Shown: positions 48,307 through 62,269, counted from the stretch's first letter. The stretch is 64,000 bases of DNA from Spongospora subterranea f. sp. subterranea (GCA_049724395.1 JAUGWO010000112.1:1-64000), one strand, 5' to 3'. Notes: a model not told the origin generated them from the sequence alone. Numbers and translations are program-made.

Positions 48307-48545
48307 TCGCATCCCCTGTTTGACAATCTCGCGAGATTAACTTTACGATCGGCTGCCACTGACGAAACCCCTGATCTCCTCCAAACCGGTACTCCGTGTA
48401 GTGCACAACATCATCTAAATATGACCGCATACGAGAGCGTAATGGTATCAACTAACCGGGATCTCTGCTACGCGAAACTCAATAACCTTTTTACAAACAA
48501 TCGAACCGAAATCCTCAACTATACTCAGAAATTTGAAACCCAAAC

Positions 48546-50642
48546 ATGCTGTGCTGGTGCGGTGCCCGCCACGGCACATTGGGACCCTGGCTGGGCCGTC
48601 GCCCCCATCTTCATCCCGTCACCCCCAACGTCCAGGTCCACGATACCCCCTCTGCTGTCCGTTGTCGCACGTCGCAGAGTGACACTGGTTGGGTGAGGGT
48701 GAGGACTACAACCTCCTCGTTACACACGTCGGTCCCCGCGATACCAGTGGTATTGCACTCGGTTCCCTGTATCGGCCTTATTTCGTGTTCATCTCTCATT
48801 CTCGTACCGCCTTATCATTGCCTAGACTGCCATCGCCTCTCCTGAGTTATGATCATCAGCTTTACTCTCATATCTCTGATATTGTCTCCTTTCGCAATGG
48901 TCTATTTCTTTCGCACCGAACCCGGTCGTAGTAGTTCACAGTCCGGTCTCCATTTTTCCTGATTGTTTTTCGTTTGCAGAGTCTAATAAGATATGTTATC
49001 GCCGGACCCCTTTTAACGACATCATTATAAACGCTTGCCGGGTACTGCATGACGTTTATCGAGTCCCTGCTATGCTTCGAAATGGTCTGGGCGTTGCCTG
49101 TAGATTCTGAAGAACTTTACCGATTCTTTCCGACAGGCATCCTTCACACATTTGTGACCTATTTTAGGCGATCACCACCAGGTCTAGTTCGGTCATCTCA
49201 AACATACATTCTCGATTTAAAATCACATTACAGAATCGGAACTTGTAACTGTTCCTATGGATGTTACTGCTGATGATGGAACCATCCTCCGCCTGGATTG
49301 GTTTATAACAGAAGACCAACCTGAGCGGTTCGGTTAAGAACATCGTCAAACCCTTCAGCTTGAATATTGATCTTTTCATTGTCAGGACAATGCCAACTAT
49401 TTTGATGCTGCATGGATTGAACGGCTCTGCTAGTGCTTCATATATCAAATGGATGGTGTGGGCTGCACATCGCGTTGGCTATCAATGTTGTGGGCTGAAT
49501 AATCGAGGGTGTGGGGAAAGCGTACTCAAGACTCCTAAGGGTGAAGAGCTTTCTGTCGGTCGTCTTTCAATGATTCTTTTCAAACTCGCATTGCTCATTT
49601 TTTCAGGGTTTAATGCCGCATTTACTGGTGACGTCAATAATACTGTTGATTTCATTCGTTCTGGCGATATCATTGACCCAGAAACACCATTGTTCATAAT
49701 CGGATTCTCACTCGGCGCCGGGATTTTGATCAAATACCTGGCTGATAATGGTGAACGCCTCATTTCCAAAGGTATACGCGCCTTTTTATTCCTGTCCCCA
49801 TGCCGCGCTTAATTTCTCAGTTAACGGATGCGTTGCTTTGTGTGCAAGCTTCAATATGCATACCAGCTGCAAAAGCATTGAGACTCCCCTCTCTGTTAAG
49901 AAGCACATCATCAATCGTGTTTTAGCTGTATGAACTGGTTTTATTATGTTGAAGACGTCTAACTATTTTACAGAAAGGTCTCGTTGGCTATGCTAGAAGG
50001 CATGAAAAAGTTCTCAAAACAGCGGAACATCTCGATCTACAAAGGGTATATAAATCGGTCACTGTCCGCCAGTTCGATAGCAGCTTCGTCGTCCCGCACT
50101 CCATGGTATTACTAGATTGTATTCAGTTGACAAAAATCAAGACAGTTAATTGCAACTGAATAGGGTTTAGGGATATCAAGCATTACTATGATGAATGCTC
50201 AACCGTATAATATTTCGTAATCTTATTCGGGGTCACTACGTTGACAGAAACTTTAGGATACTCGCTTGCATCTTGTACAGGTTCCTTTACTCTGCATAAA
50301 CGCTGCTGATGATCCAATTTGCCCGTAAGCGTCCACAATACATCTGCACCAATTTTTATTTGCAATGATCAAGGGCACATGGTGTTCCGGTTGATGCGTT
50401 CAATGAAAATGAGAACCTCTTTCTCACAGTCGTCCCAACTGGTGGCCATGTTGCGTTCATGCATGATTGTAAATATCCGTGCAAACAAAACGGCCGTGCT
50501 GAACTACTCAATAGGGTTTGATTTGAGCCATTCGTGGATGGAAAGTGCATCATTGGAATTTATTGAGGCTATTCATCATAACGCCGATCGCAAGGAGGTC
50601 AGCTTGTCGGGTTTAAGTGAGGTCATGAATGCAGCTGAATAA
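48546..50642 (+). CDS. Alpha/beta hydrolase, ABHD1/3-YheT-like, multi-exon; start uncertain
   Basis: LHGLNG, NNRGC, GFSLG nucleophile elbow, NAADDPIC, GGHVAF. Confidence 0.85.
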
Positions 50643-51558
50643 CTTTATATATATTGTATAAATAATTAGTGCAAGTTTTCGGATATTCTGTTTGGCTGTC
50701 TGACATCAGTTCTGTTTCAAAAATCGAATCTGTTTCTATGAAATGGTATTCAGGAGTTCAGCCCATATCACTAGGGTTACTCAACAACCAGGCATGTGGC
50801 AATAGAATTTGAGAGCAGTATTACCCATAACGTTTTTAGGTATATCAACGAAAAAACGTAACGCAAATGGATTTGAATCGTAGTGTCAGCAATTGCCGAG
50901 CTGAATTATGAAAAATTTGCCATGATTGTAAATTCGTATAAATTTGTACTGACCGTAAATTCATTATTGGGAAGACCGTTTCTGAGAACTGGAACCGTCA
51001 TTGTACCGTCCTTCACAGTCGATGGTACATACCTCTGGGTGGACATGCCACACATGTTTAACCATGACGTCCGCTTTACGTTACGAGATCGGCGTTTCAA
51101 AAATAGTTCATTTCGCTGGCGGCGTACCTTGCGATTTCCTGGCCCAACACATTCGTTTGGCTCGCTATTGTCCAGTGCTAAAATGCGGAGAGATGCCCAT
51201 CTGCAGACAGACGGAAGAGGTAGTAGAGCCAATGTCAAATAGAGGCCGGGGCCTGAATAGGGAACTGAAATATCTCCAAGCCAGGCATGAAATGGTGAAT
51301 AAACGGTCCAAAAATTTTGAATGTCTACTGGAGCAGTTCCGGCATTTCAGAGAAAAACGTCAACTCGGTTTCGCTGCTTGTGCAATTTTGGTGCAGTGAA
51401 GTTAATAGAACAGGCTTTGCCTGACGCACGGTTGTAGCGGGTGTCTTGACAGTACCTTTTCCCATAACCAACACCAGTAACCGACCTGATGTGTTCAGGG
51501 CCGGTCACCACTCTCCAAAAGAACCAAAGTTCGAGATTAATTACCATTGATTAATGCC

Positions 51559-52116
51559 TTAGTCAGTCATGATATATTTGACCTTGCCTGGCCGGCAAAC
51601 GCCCTTTGAACCGATCATTCCCCAGGCTATTTCGTTAAATATCAGTGTATAGATGATATCCGAACTGGCACCGTCCAGGCTATCTCCATTCCAGTCGAAT
51701 AGGTTCGGTGTGAATTCCCGAAACCATTCCATTAGTCGGTCGTCATCGCAGTCCCAACTATCGGCAGCTGTTGATTCCCTGCGATTGATTGCCGATGCAT
51801 ATGATGAATGCAGGTCAAATCCTGACTCACCAGACAAGATCAAATCAGTGCAATCCGCATACGCCATATATCGCATAAACCAAGAGAAGCGCGTTCCCCC
51901 TTTGAAAGGAGTCGATGGCAATGGACACTCGATCAATCTTCGTAAGATCTCCATCAAATTCATACTATCTGCCATAATGTGATATTTGGGCGATATAGGA
52001 ATGGGGGCCGAATCGCTTGTCATAGAATCCTCAACCCAACATGATATCAACCTGCCTAGACGGCGCTCTATACCAATCCGACAATTAACGTTGAAATCGA
52101 GTTCTAATGGTTCCAC
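51559..52116 (-). CDS. Hypothetical protein, 185-aa ORF
   Basis: Protein-like composition only; no family recognised. Confidence 0.35.
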   Translation of the reverse strand: MEPLELDFNVNCRIGIERRLGRLISCWVEDSMTSDSAPIPISPKYHIMADSMNLMEILRRLIECPLPSTPFKGGTRFSWFMRYMAYADCTDLILSGESGFDLHSSYASAINRRESTAADSWDCDDDRLMEWFREFTPNLFDWNGDSLDGASSDIIYTLIFNEIAWGMIGSKGVCRPGKVKYIMTD

Positions 52117-52541
52117 GACAATACTTCATGACGGTAAAATTGTATGTCGGCTCCACGTCGAGGATCCTATCAATAATAATAATCATATTCTCGCTCGTAT
52201 CTCACCATCCCCTGATGAACGCGATCATCTGCCGGATCTCGCGCCGGATAATGTCGCGAAAACATCGTGTCATCATGGCGACAATGGTGTCGGTAAGCCG
52301 TGTCCGATTCATGTCAAGAATTATCAGAACGGTTGGAGCTCAAGCCAAGTCGCCTTCATCTGCATATCAACCTTCGTCCTGTGCACTGTCGCCATAAAGC
52401 ACCTTTCACCTAGAGATTGCCAATATCAGCCGTTTTCATAGAGATTGCCGATATGACAATAAACGCATGACCATAATTAACCTATGTCAAACCTCATTGA
52501 TTACTGTAATCGATAGTTGGGGTTTATTACATTGTTCCGTA

Positions 52542-53644
52542 TCACATTGCTGTGCAATTGGGAACATCACCCTGTAGAGCGGACAGTTCAGGTGGTATAT
52601 TAGTTAGGTTCGGTTCACCTTCTGCGTTGAACTCTAGACCAGGGACGAGCTCCTGCATGATCTCAGCAGGCGGCTGGCCAAACGACTGCATCTCGCCCAT
52701 CATCGCCATGATCTCTGCCGAGCTGCCTTCGCCGGCTTCGAACATCAGACACATTCGCTGGAACACAGCGTGCTGCTTCTCATAGTTCACCCTGGAACGG
52801 GATTATTCAGTTCCCAACAACACTCATGGAACCCTATGATATGATATAATACCTCTGATCAAGGGATAGTTGTCCTCCATGTTCGGCCAGCCATAAAGGG
52901 TATTTCTCGGTGACCTACACATCAAACGGTGTAGCAATGTTAGTGCACGTATTCCATACTATTGATCTAAATAACTAATGAACCTGCTTAATCGGCTCAT
53001 ACAGAGTCTCTTTCGAGAGCATTTGCGACATCATTTTTTCTACGGATTGTTCAAGATTCGCGTCGTCCTCGCCGACTTTGAACTCCTCCTGCGCAATCAA
53101 TAAAGGGTCATCTGTCGGGCAGAATATTGAAATGTACTAATTACCATCAGCTTTCGTATAATGTCATCACCATCTTCACCAAGATCAACACCTGGTTTCG
53201 GTGTATTACCTGGTCCCACCATTCTAACAGCTTCATCTAACGACTCTTTAACCGATTTCGGTTTGGACGCCGTCCCGATGGCAGAATCATCCAACGGCAT
53301 CGACCCCATTAGTTTGGCAAACAAAGCATTGATGTCCTGAGCATCTAACCGAAATAACACTATTAAAGGGCTTCTCACAGATCACGTAATACTCAATCGT
53401 CATCACCTTTTTGCATCTGTGATGGACTTTCCTCATTAATTGCAGGTAATGTGCCACTTTGCAACTGTGACACGAATTGTTCGATATCCCTTTGCAAACT
53501 GGCTCCGGCATCTGTTGATGGCGCTACCTCGTTTGGCCTGGCGACGACTGCAGTGGAGTTGGAGGCGGTATTAGTCGAGATATCGTCAAACTCATCCAAT
53601 ACGGAATCGAGGAACTCGTCGAGATTATTGCTATCATTAGACAT
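52542..53644 (-). CDS. PEX19: Peroxin PEX19, multi-exon
   Basis: LDEFLDSVLDEF N-terminus, LSKETLYEPIK, MQSFGQPPAEI, C-terminal CaaX CTAM. Confidence 0.92.
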
Positions 53645-53837
53645 TTATTGGGGGATCGACAGATATCGGATCGCCCGACCCAATGGCAATTTTATGATAT
53701 TGGTCCGTGTATTTCCGCCTTTTCCCATCCCCACGTTACTGGCATGGCGCCATCAGCAGCAGTTGGAAGGCTGCGCTCTGCAGTGACCGGGCAAAGCAAC
53801 CAACGACGACGAATTTGAAGCGTTTTGAGATTATTTA

Positions 53838-56406
53838 TTATGTAGCCAGATCTGGAAGAACCTTTTGCTGGAGTCGCTGAAGATCTTGCATCTTCCGATC
53901 CAGATTCGAAACCTCGCTGTCAATATATTTTAGCGTTGACATGTGAATGTTCAAAATCTTTACAATGGCAGTCATTGGGTCTGATGGCTGCCCATTTGCC
54001 TAAAACGTATCTTCATAATGACGAAAAAGGAATACGAAAATGTAAAACCTGAGGCTCTGCAGATTCATTGAGCTTTTGTACGGTACTGTTGACGGTTTGA
54101 GCAAGGTTTGATAAATCACAGGATAATTTTTCAGCCATCGCATACGCGTCCACCCTTTTGGTTTCTGGCCCATGGCTTTTCTTCTCTGACTTCATTTCGT
54201 CTGAAGAAAATCAGGAATTAACGGTTGATGATGAAACAACACATAAAAATACCTGCCAAGTCCCTTTCCAGTTGAGAGACCATTGATTCTAACTCATCTT
54301 CATCAATTTTTATCTTGTCTAAAGTCGTTTTTAATTGATTTTGCGCATTGTCAGCTTCTGCAACATGAAGCTTCAGCTCTGCAATCTTTTCGCCGTTCGC
54401 AAGTAATTGGCGATCCCAAGCATTGACTTTATACGCTTGCTCAGTAAACGATTTGACCCGGTCCTTCATAAACCAAGATTAATCATAGTACACAAGACTT
54501 GAACAATATGGCGACCTCCAGTTCATCTTTCCAAATATCAATAACTTCTTTGACGTTTTTCCTAGATAATCGGACAGTACGAGGAGCAGCTACTGTTGTA
54601 GAAACTTGTTGAGCTGGTCCAGCAGCAGTAGTTGAGCCTGTACGAGAGATTGCTGAGAAAATAGAGGAGATGACAGCTGGGATGACTAACCGATTATTCC
54701 AGATGCTGGTTGTACCGTCGTTACCTTCGCAGCAGCCTCAGATGGCCCAGCTTGTAAACCGCCAGCTGAACCTAGAGGTTTGGGGATTGAAGCGTCAAGT
54801 TTACCAAACGAAAAATTAGGCACTCCTGCTGTGGAAGGTGCTACTGGACCAGTAGCTGACGTGGGCAGCGATGTAAACGAAGTGCCTGGAGCAACAGACG
54901 ATACTCCAAACAAAGACGGTGCTGCAGCTGCTGATGACGTAGTCGACGAAGCACCTGCTGGCTGACCGCCAAACAGACCTGCAGTAGCTGCAGGAGGAGT
55001 TGCAGTTTGACCGGCGGGGACAGAGGTTTGAGCGGTAGCGGTAAGCGGTTGAGCAGCGTTTCCAGACGACGGTGCTGAAGATTGCCCAAAAAGGTTGACA
55101 CCGGTTGCGGGAGTAGTTGAAGTACCAAACAGGTTCGCACCAGGCACAGGTTGTGTCCCAGCTTGATTTGCGGCAAAAAGCCCAGTGGAAGTTGTTTGAG
55201 TTGAAGGCTGATTAGTTACTGGAGCGGATGATGCACTCCCACCAAAAGTAAATTTTTCTTGTGCAGGTGCAGGAACCGCAGAAGTTGCCACATCTTTACC
55301 AAAGTTTAACCCAGCTTGGCCAGGTGCAGCAGCGGCAGGCGCACCTGAGGATGGCGGAGCACCAAGTCCAAAACTAAATCCTGACTGAGTCGGTGGAGTC
55401 GCTGCGGGAGCGGTGGATGAAGGCGCAACACCTCCACCGAAACTAAATCCTGTTTGCCCAGCTGGAGCGGGAGCCGGCGCAGCTCCGCCAGCGAAATTGA
55501 ACCCGTCAGATGATGCTAAAGAAGCAGAAGCGCCAAATGCTGGAGCAGCAGAAATAGATGCGCCAAAACTAGGAGCAGCTGGGGCAGAAGAGCCAAAAGC
55601 AGGAGCAGCTGGGGCAGATGAACCAAAAGCAGGAGCAGCTGGGGCAGGTGAGCCAAAAGCAGGAGCAGCAGGGGCAGGTGAGCCAAAAGCAGGAGCAGCG
55701 GTGGCAGGTGATCCAAAAGCAGGAGCAGCTGGGGCAGATGAGCCAAAAGCAGGGGCAGGGGTAGCGGATGCACCAAACGCAGGAGCAGCTGGAGTAGATG
55801 AGCCAAAAGCAGGAGCAGCAGGTGCAGATGAACCAAAAGCAGGAACAGCTGGTGCCGTTGAACCAAAAGCAGGGGCGGGTGAAGATGTGGCAAAGGGAGC
55901 AGCAGCAGGAGCGCTAGCCGCACCAAACGTAGATGATGTAGAACCCCCAAATAACGGTGCAGAATTTGCCGTGCTATTGAAGGGAGAAGCTGGGGTCGTT
56001 GCAGATCCAAAAAGATTTGTTTGTGTAGAAGGTGCTCCAAATGCTGGTGTAGATGATGCTGTATTACTGCCAAATAACGATCCTCCTGGTGGTTGTGATG
56101 TACCAAATGATGGCGCCGCTCCTGTACCTGAAGCGTTGAATCCGAAAACCAGAAGAAGCACCTGGTGTTGTAGATGCTGGCGCACCAAACTGTTGAGTAG
56201 TACTAACACCAAATGGTGATGGCGTAGTAGATCCGAATGCGGTTGATGGTTGTGTCCCTACAGCAATACATGAAAATTAGGGTGAATAGGATCGCGGCAT
56301 TACTAGGACTACCAGACGATGCCGGTTGTGTTCCGAATCCGGGTGAGGTGCCAAACGAAAACGGCGTGGCCGACCCTTGCTGTGGATTGGATGACTGACC
56401 GAACAT
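53838..56406 (-). CDS. NUP62: FG nucleoporin NUP62/Nsp1, multi-exon
   Basis: FG/FSFG repeats with a 10-aa APAFGSSAPA array; coiled coil FTEQAYKVNAWDRQL..IVKILNIH. Confidence 0.9.
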
Positions 56407-56632
56407 GATTATAATCAGGTTATGAAACCAGATAACGAATGAGGGAGTCGGACTACAGCGGCGCGTCCCTATCTCAATAGTGATTATTGACACCCCAACC
56501 GATACAACAGGGACTGTACAGTGTACAGTAGGATAAACTCCGTACACAGCACCAGTAATGGAAACAGGAACCAGGATGAAAACAGTCTCTGTTTATGAAA
56601 GTCGACCGAGACCTTGACAGCCGAGGAATGGT

Positions 56633-58367
56633 ATGTACTGTAGTGTCTTCTGTTTGTTAGTAGCGAACATCTTGTTAATGAGGTATTACTGTAGTGTCTT
56701 CTGTTTGTTAGTAGCGAACATCTTGTTAATGAGGTATTACTGTAGTGTCTTCTGTTTGTTAGTAGCGAACATCTTGTTAATGAGGTATTACTGTAGGGTC
56801 TTCTGTTTGTTAGTAGCGAACATCTTGTTTGAGGTATTACTGTAGTCTTCTGTTTGTTAGTACGAACATCTTGTTAATGAGGTATTACTGTAGGGTCTTC
56901 TGTTTGTTAGTAGCGAACATCTTGTTAATGAGGTATTACTGTAGGGTCTTCTGTTTGTTAGTAGCGAACATCTTGTTAATGTTTGTCTTCTGTTTGTTAG
57001 CGAACATCTTGTTAATGAGGTATTACTGTAGTGTCTTCTGTTTGTTAGTAGCGAACATCTTGTTAATGAGGTATTACTGTAGGGTCTTCTGTTTGTTAGT
57101 AGCGAACATCTTGTTAATAAGGTATTACTGTAGTGTCTTCTGTTTGTTAGTAGCGAACATCTTGTTAATGAGGTATTACTGTAGGGTCTTCTGTTTGTTA
57201 GTAGCGAACATCTTGTTAATGAGGTATTACTGTAGGGTCTTCTGTTTGTTAGTAGCGAACATCTTGTTAATAAGGTATTACTGTAGGGTCTTCTGTTTGT
57301 TAGTAGCGAACATCTTGTTAATAAGGTATTACTGTAGGGTCTTCTGTTTGTTAGTAGCGAACATCTTGTTAATGAGGTATTACTGTAGGGTCTTCTGTTT
57401 GTTAGTAGCGAATCTTGTTAATAAGGTATTACTGTAGTGTCTTCTGTTTGTTAGTAGCGAACATCTTGTTAATAAGGTATTACTGTAGGGTCTTCTGTTT
57501 GTTAGTAGCGAACATCTTGTTAATGAGGTATTACTGTAGGGTCTTCTGTTTGTTAGTAGCGAACATCTTGTTAATGAGGTACTGTTTGTGTCTTCTGTTT
57601 GTTAGTAGCGAACATCTTGTTAATAAGGTATTACTGTAGTGTCTTCTGTTTGTTAGTAGCGAACATCTTGTTAATAAGGTATTACTGTAGTGTCTTCTGT
57701 TTGTTAGTAGCGAACATCTTGTTAATGAGGTATTACTGTAGGGTCTTCTGTTTGTTAGTAGCGAACATCTTGTTAATAAGGTATTACTGTAGTGTCTTCT
57801 GTTAATGAGGTATTACTGTAGCGAACATCTTGTTAATGAGGTATTACTGTAGGGTCTTCTGTTTGTTAGTAGCGAACATCTTGTTAATAAGGTATTACTG
57901 TAGAACATCTTGTCTTCTGTTTGTTAGTAGCGAACATCTTGTTAATAAGGTATTACTGTAGGGTCTTCTGTTTGTTAGTAGCGAACATCTTGTTAATAAG
58001 GTATTACTGTAGTGTCTTCTGTTTGTTAGTAGCGAACATCTTGTTAATGAGGTATTACTGTAGGGTTTGTCTTCTGTTTGTTAGTAGCGAACATCTTGTT
58101 AATAAGGTATTACTGTAGTGTCTTCTGTTTGTTAGTAGCGAACATCTTGTTAATAAGGTATTACTGTAGTGTCTTCTGTTTGTTAGTAGCGAACATCTTG
58201 TTAATGAGGTATTACTGTAGTGTCTTCTGTTTGTTAGTAGCGAACATCTTGTTAATAAGGTATTACTGTAGTGTCTTCTGTTTGTTAGTAGCGAACATCT
58301 TGTTAATGAGGTATTACTGTAGGGTCTTCTGTTTGTTAGTAGCGAACATCTTGTTAATAAGGTATTA
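56633..58367. repeat. 51-bp tandem array, ~34 copies
   Basis: Unit GAGGTATTACTGTAGkGTCTTCTGTTTGTTAGTAGCGAACATCTTGTTAAT with a few deletions. Confidence 0.95.
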
Positions 58368-58426
58368 TCACATTGTAACAAGTTTTGAATGTACAAGGAG
58401 TCAGGCAAGACACGACTTAGGAAACG

Positions 58427-59041
58427 GTACGGGTGTAGGTGTTACTTCATGTTTCAGACCTCGTACGGGTGTAGGTGTTACTTCATGTTTCAGACCTCGT
58501 ACGGGTGTACGTGTTACTTCATGTTTCAGACCTCGTACGGGTGTAGGTGTTACTTCATGTTTCAGACCTCGTACGGGTGTACGTGTTACTTCATGTTTCA
58601 GACCTCGTACGGGTGTAGGTGTTACTTCATGTTTCAGACCTCGTACGGGTGTAGGTGTTACTTCATGTTTCAGACCTCGTACGGGTGTACGTGTTACTTC
58701 ATGTTTCAGACCTCGTACGGGTGTACGTGTTACTTCATGTTTCAGACCTCGTACGGGTGTAGGTGTTACTTCATGTTTCAGACCTCGTACGGGTGTAGGT
58801 GTTACTTCATGTTTCAGACCTCGTACGGGTGTAGGTGTTACTTCATGTTTCAGACCTCGTACGGGTGTAGGTGTTACTTCATGTTTCAGACCTCGTACGG
58901 GTGTAGGTGTTACTTCATGTTTCAGACCTCGTACGGGTGTACGTGTTACTTCATGTTTCAGACCTCGTACGGGTGTACGTGTTACTTCATGTTTCAGACC
59001 TCGTACGGGTGTACGTGTTACTTCATGTTTCACCTCGTACG
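58427..59041. repeat. 36-bp tandem array, ~17 copies
   Basis: Unit CGTACGGGTGTAsGTGTTACTTCATGTTTCAGACCT, no spacers. Confidence 0.95.
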
Positions 59042-59399
59042 ATTGGCGGATTTCCTTTCAATTTTTAAATATAGATTATTTCCGAAGTCAAAAACGTTGG
59101 TTTATTTTAGGTTATTTGAGGATTGTTAGGAAAACCGTCTGTGATGATTGGGCTTCACCGCATCAAATGTAGCAAACGGTTTGCGTCATTGAACTCATTC
59201 CAATAACAAAAATCAGCCAGATTGTCCGGTGACTATCGCTCCCTTTCCAACCATTACAGACAAAGGTCTGTACGTCATTGCATTGCATCAACTTTGAAAC
59301 CTGTCTTTTCCCGGTAACCACTGTTTTCTGATTTGATGAACATGTTAAGATATTGTCGAACTCTCGTAAATCCAACTTCATCAGCTAGCGCGGTAGAAC

Positions 59400-60700
59400 A
59401 GGAGGCAGTTCGACGCCAGAATTGTTGAAATTGAGCCAAATTTAACGGGAATGCAATTGCCTTAGAACCTGCAAATATGATCCGATCTAAAACTGTTCGA
59501 AATACTTGCGGTCTTCAGTTACTTTGCGCTTGACCCTAACACTCTATTGGCGACATAAACCCATGAAAATCGACAGGTGTATGAGGTCACTTCTCATGTC
59601 ATACTATTACGGATGGGGACCATTAGGACAAACTTCGCTTTGTCATGTCTTTGGAACTTCAAAATAGAATTTGTTTGGTGGTATATCGTAATCAGGGATT
59701 GCCATAACCAACAATCTGATACTTCAGGTATGGTATACAAATGTTGGCGGGTTGTTATTGGTCGGATAATCCTGTGTACTCCCAGGTGTTTCCCTACATC
59801 TTCCTGGCCGCTACAATTACCATTGGGTATCCACAGAAGGAACCTATTAGACCACAGCTGTATTCACCCCCATAACCTCTATTTTGGTCCCAATATTCGC
59901 CGCATTTTTCGATAGTTTACCAATTTCATTGCTTCGTCCTATTGCTTTTGAGTTGTCATTGCCAGATGTGCCACTTGTTTGGTGGGCATGACTTGGAATG
60001 TAGTGAATGTGAATCTGATTACGACGGGATCATTTCGCTATTAGTCGAGCAGAGTCTGCCACAACTGCATATACTCTTCGAGGTTTGATAGGTAATGATT
60101 GGAATTGACTTACCCAGGATAACGAGTCTGTCATTATGTGGATCGTTCTGTTTTTGAATTTCTTATCTATGGCCAGTTCTAGACCAGCATGTAATGCAAT
60201 TATATCTCGACCTCGTAACTCGAGGTGATTTTGCGACCCAGTTTGATTTGCGACCTCTCCTCAGTGTGATTTGCCGCTTCACATTTGGTGTTTCTATAGC
60301 TAATAATGGCAGGAGAACCCCCTTTTTTCCCCGATGGTATAACTGCCATCAGTCCATATTTCTACATCCGGATCACGTGGAAGAAGTTCGTCTCTTTTGT
60401 GGTTTGCAATTGCCTCCTTTCGAGTGGATTTGTGGTAATTTACTGTATAGAGATGACGATACAGTCGACCATCTTTGTTCAATTAAGGCAGGGGCAAATT
60501 CGGGGTTGTCCCTATTTGAAATTGGCCAGTTCATGTTACCTGATAGCGCCATCCGAGTGTAACATCACCAATATGACCACACGAAACCTGATAGCGATTA
60601 GATCAGACCGCATTCAAGAAAGGCGGAGTATTCAATTTGGCAATGGCCACAACCCCCTCGTGTGGATTGTTTTCCCGAATACCGGGAGTACTTTCAACAT
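59400..60700 (-). pseudogene. Decayed RNase H-encoding element, probably a LINE; boundaries approximate
   Basis: EIWTDGS..SSYEVEI..IHIMTDSLS..HYIPSH..GND motifs with stops and frameshifts. Confidence 0.65.
59727..59875 (-). mobile_element. Diverged homolog of the SINE 3' tail
   Basis: GGTCTAATAGGTTCCTTC..GGATACCCAA..TTGTAGCGGCCAGG..AGTACACAGG..TTTGTATACCATACC collinear with the SINE end. Confidence 0.8.
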
Positions 60701-61038
60701 TGGACATGACATTGGCACTCCACTAGTCAATGGTTCAGAGCACCACAACTGAAACCCAATTACACACAAGAAAGGGTGATTGTTGTTATTCTGGAACACC
60801 CTTCGACACACTACAGTGCTCATCGCTCTTGTTCTTGGGTCGATCATTGCTGGTCCCTGTCTCCGACACGATCACGAACAACGATCACCTAGGGGAATTC
60901 CCCCAGTCGCTCTCCTGCAATTCCTCGCTCGGTCGCCGATCCGCCAAACATAGACTAAATATCCACAGGGCGACGGCGTTAAAAAAGCAAAAAACAAACA
61001 ACAAACGGAGAACTGAATGAGGATGAACAATTCCATAA

Positions 61039-62269
61039 CTACGATCCTTTATTGGTTGACTGGAAATACGATCCGATTTTCGTCTGTGTGGATGATTTCT
61101 TGTCTCCTTTCCCGTTCTTGGGTCTGACTTGCTTGCCCTTCGCCGCCGCTGCTGGCGGTTGCTTCTTGGAATTCGGCGCCGCGGCCGGGACATTTTCAGA
61201 CCCGGCGACCTCCTGCTCGACCGACTTTTGCACACTTTTCGTCACTGCACCGAACAAACGTCAACGTCAATTTCGAAAAACGCATTTCACAGAGAACAGA
61301 AACAGGAACCGAAACTCACTTAGATAGGCGCCTTGCCTGTAGGTTTCCTTGACCGTCACTTTCGATAATGCTCGTGGCGGGACAACGGGCGGCTCTGGCG
61401 TTGCGCCACGTCCCATAGCGCTATCGCTCGCGTGGCTCGGCCTCATCCTCCGCATCCGCCATGACCTGATCGCCCGGCTCGGGATCTTGCTCGAACAGAT
61501 CCCGAACGTGGCGCTCTTCCTCGTCGTCTTCCTCGTCGCTGCCATCATCCTCGATCTCAACGCGCTTGGATCTTGACGCTGATCTGGGCTTCGCAATCGC
61601 CTTGCCCTTCTTCTCCGTTTTGACCTTCTCCGTTTTAACCACGGGCGCTGGGTCCGACTCCTGATCGTGATTATCCCCTTTTCTAGCGAAGAAATTCGAT
61701 ATAGCAGATGAGGCGGGTTTAGCGATCTTCTTGGGTTTCTCATTTTTAACGGGTTCTTTTGTTGTTGGAATTTTCCGTTTGATGGCGACAGGCGATTCGT
61801 GACGAGTTGGGATCGGGTTTAACACCTGTATTGGCGGCGGTCCACCAGGATATGTGATCATTGGGTTCCTGATATCTGATGAACCTGGTTCGGCCGCAAG
61901 ACGATATGCCAATAGGCGATGATCACGGTCGGTCGTGGGCGTTATGGTCGACGATGGGTCGTCGTCGTCGACGTGATCGGCGACATCGATCGGCTTCTCG
62001 ATACTGTAGACGGACTGCGATAGGATCCTGCCCTTGATCGACGGGAGATCGGTCAACGGGACGACCGTCAACGATAATCTATCAGCGGGGGATAGATATG
62101 AGACAGACAGTAGTACAGACAGACATGGGTGGTCCAGTGCGAATTGCGCCATCGCTCTGGCGGCCAATGCGAGCGATATAGACGGGGCCAGATCAAGCAG
62201 CATTGATAGGGTGATCGGGGTCGACTGGATCGATATATGATCGTCGATAATCAATATACATTGGTCCAT
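61039..62269 (-). CDS. POLD3: DNA polymerase delta subunit 3 (POLD3/Cdc27/Pol32)-like
   Basis: Charged linker, KVTVKETYRQGAYL motif, C-terminal PIP box QTKIGSYF; apparent frameshift near 61430. Confidence 0.65.

Noticed and set aside
55413..56219. Antisense 268-aa and alternate-frame Leu-rich ORFs
   Set aside because: Shadows of the NUP62 FG-repeat exon.
58427..59041. 36-bp repeats as a CRISPR array
   Set aside because: Units are head-to-tail with no unique spacers; eukaryotic context; no cas genes.
56633..59172. Repeat-derived ORFs (RYYCSVFCLLVANILLM)n and (TGVGVTSCFRPR)n as genes
   Set aside because: Explained by unit lengths divisible by 3; frame-breaking deletions occur in the 51-bp array.
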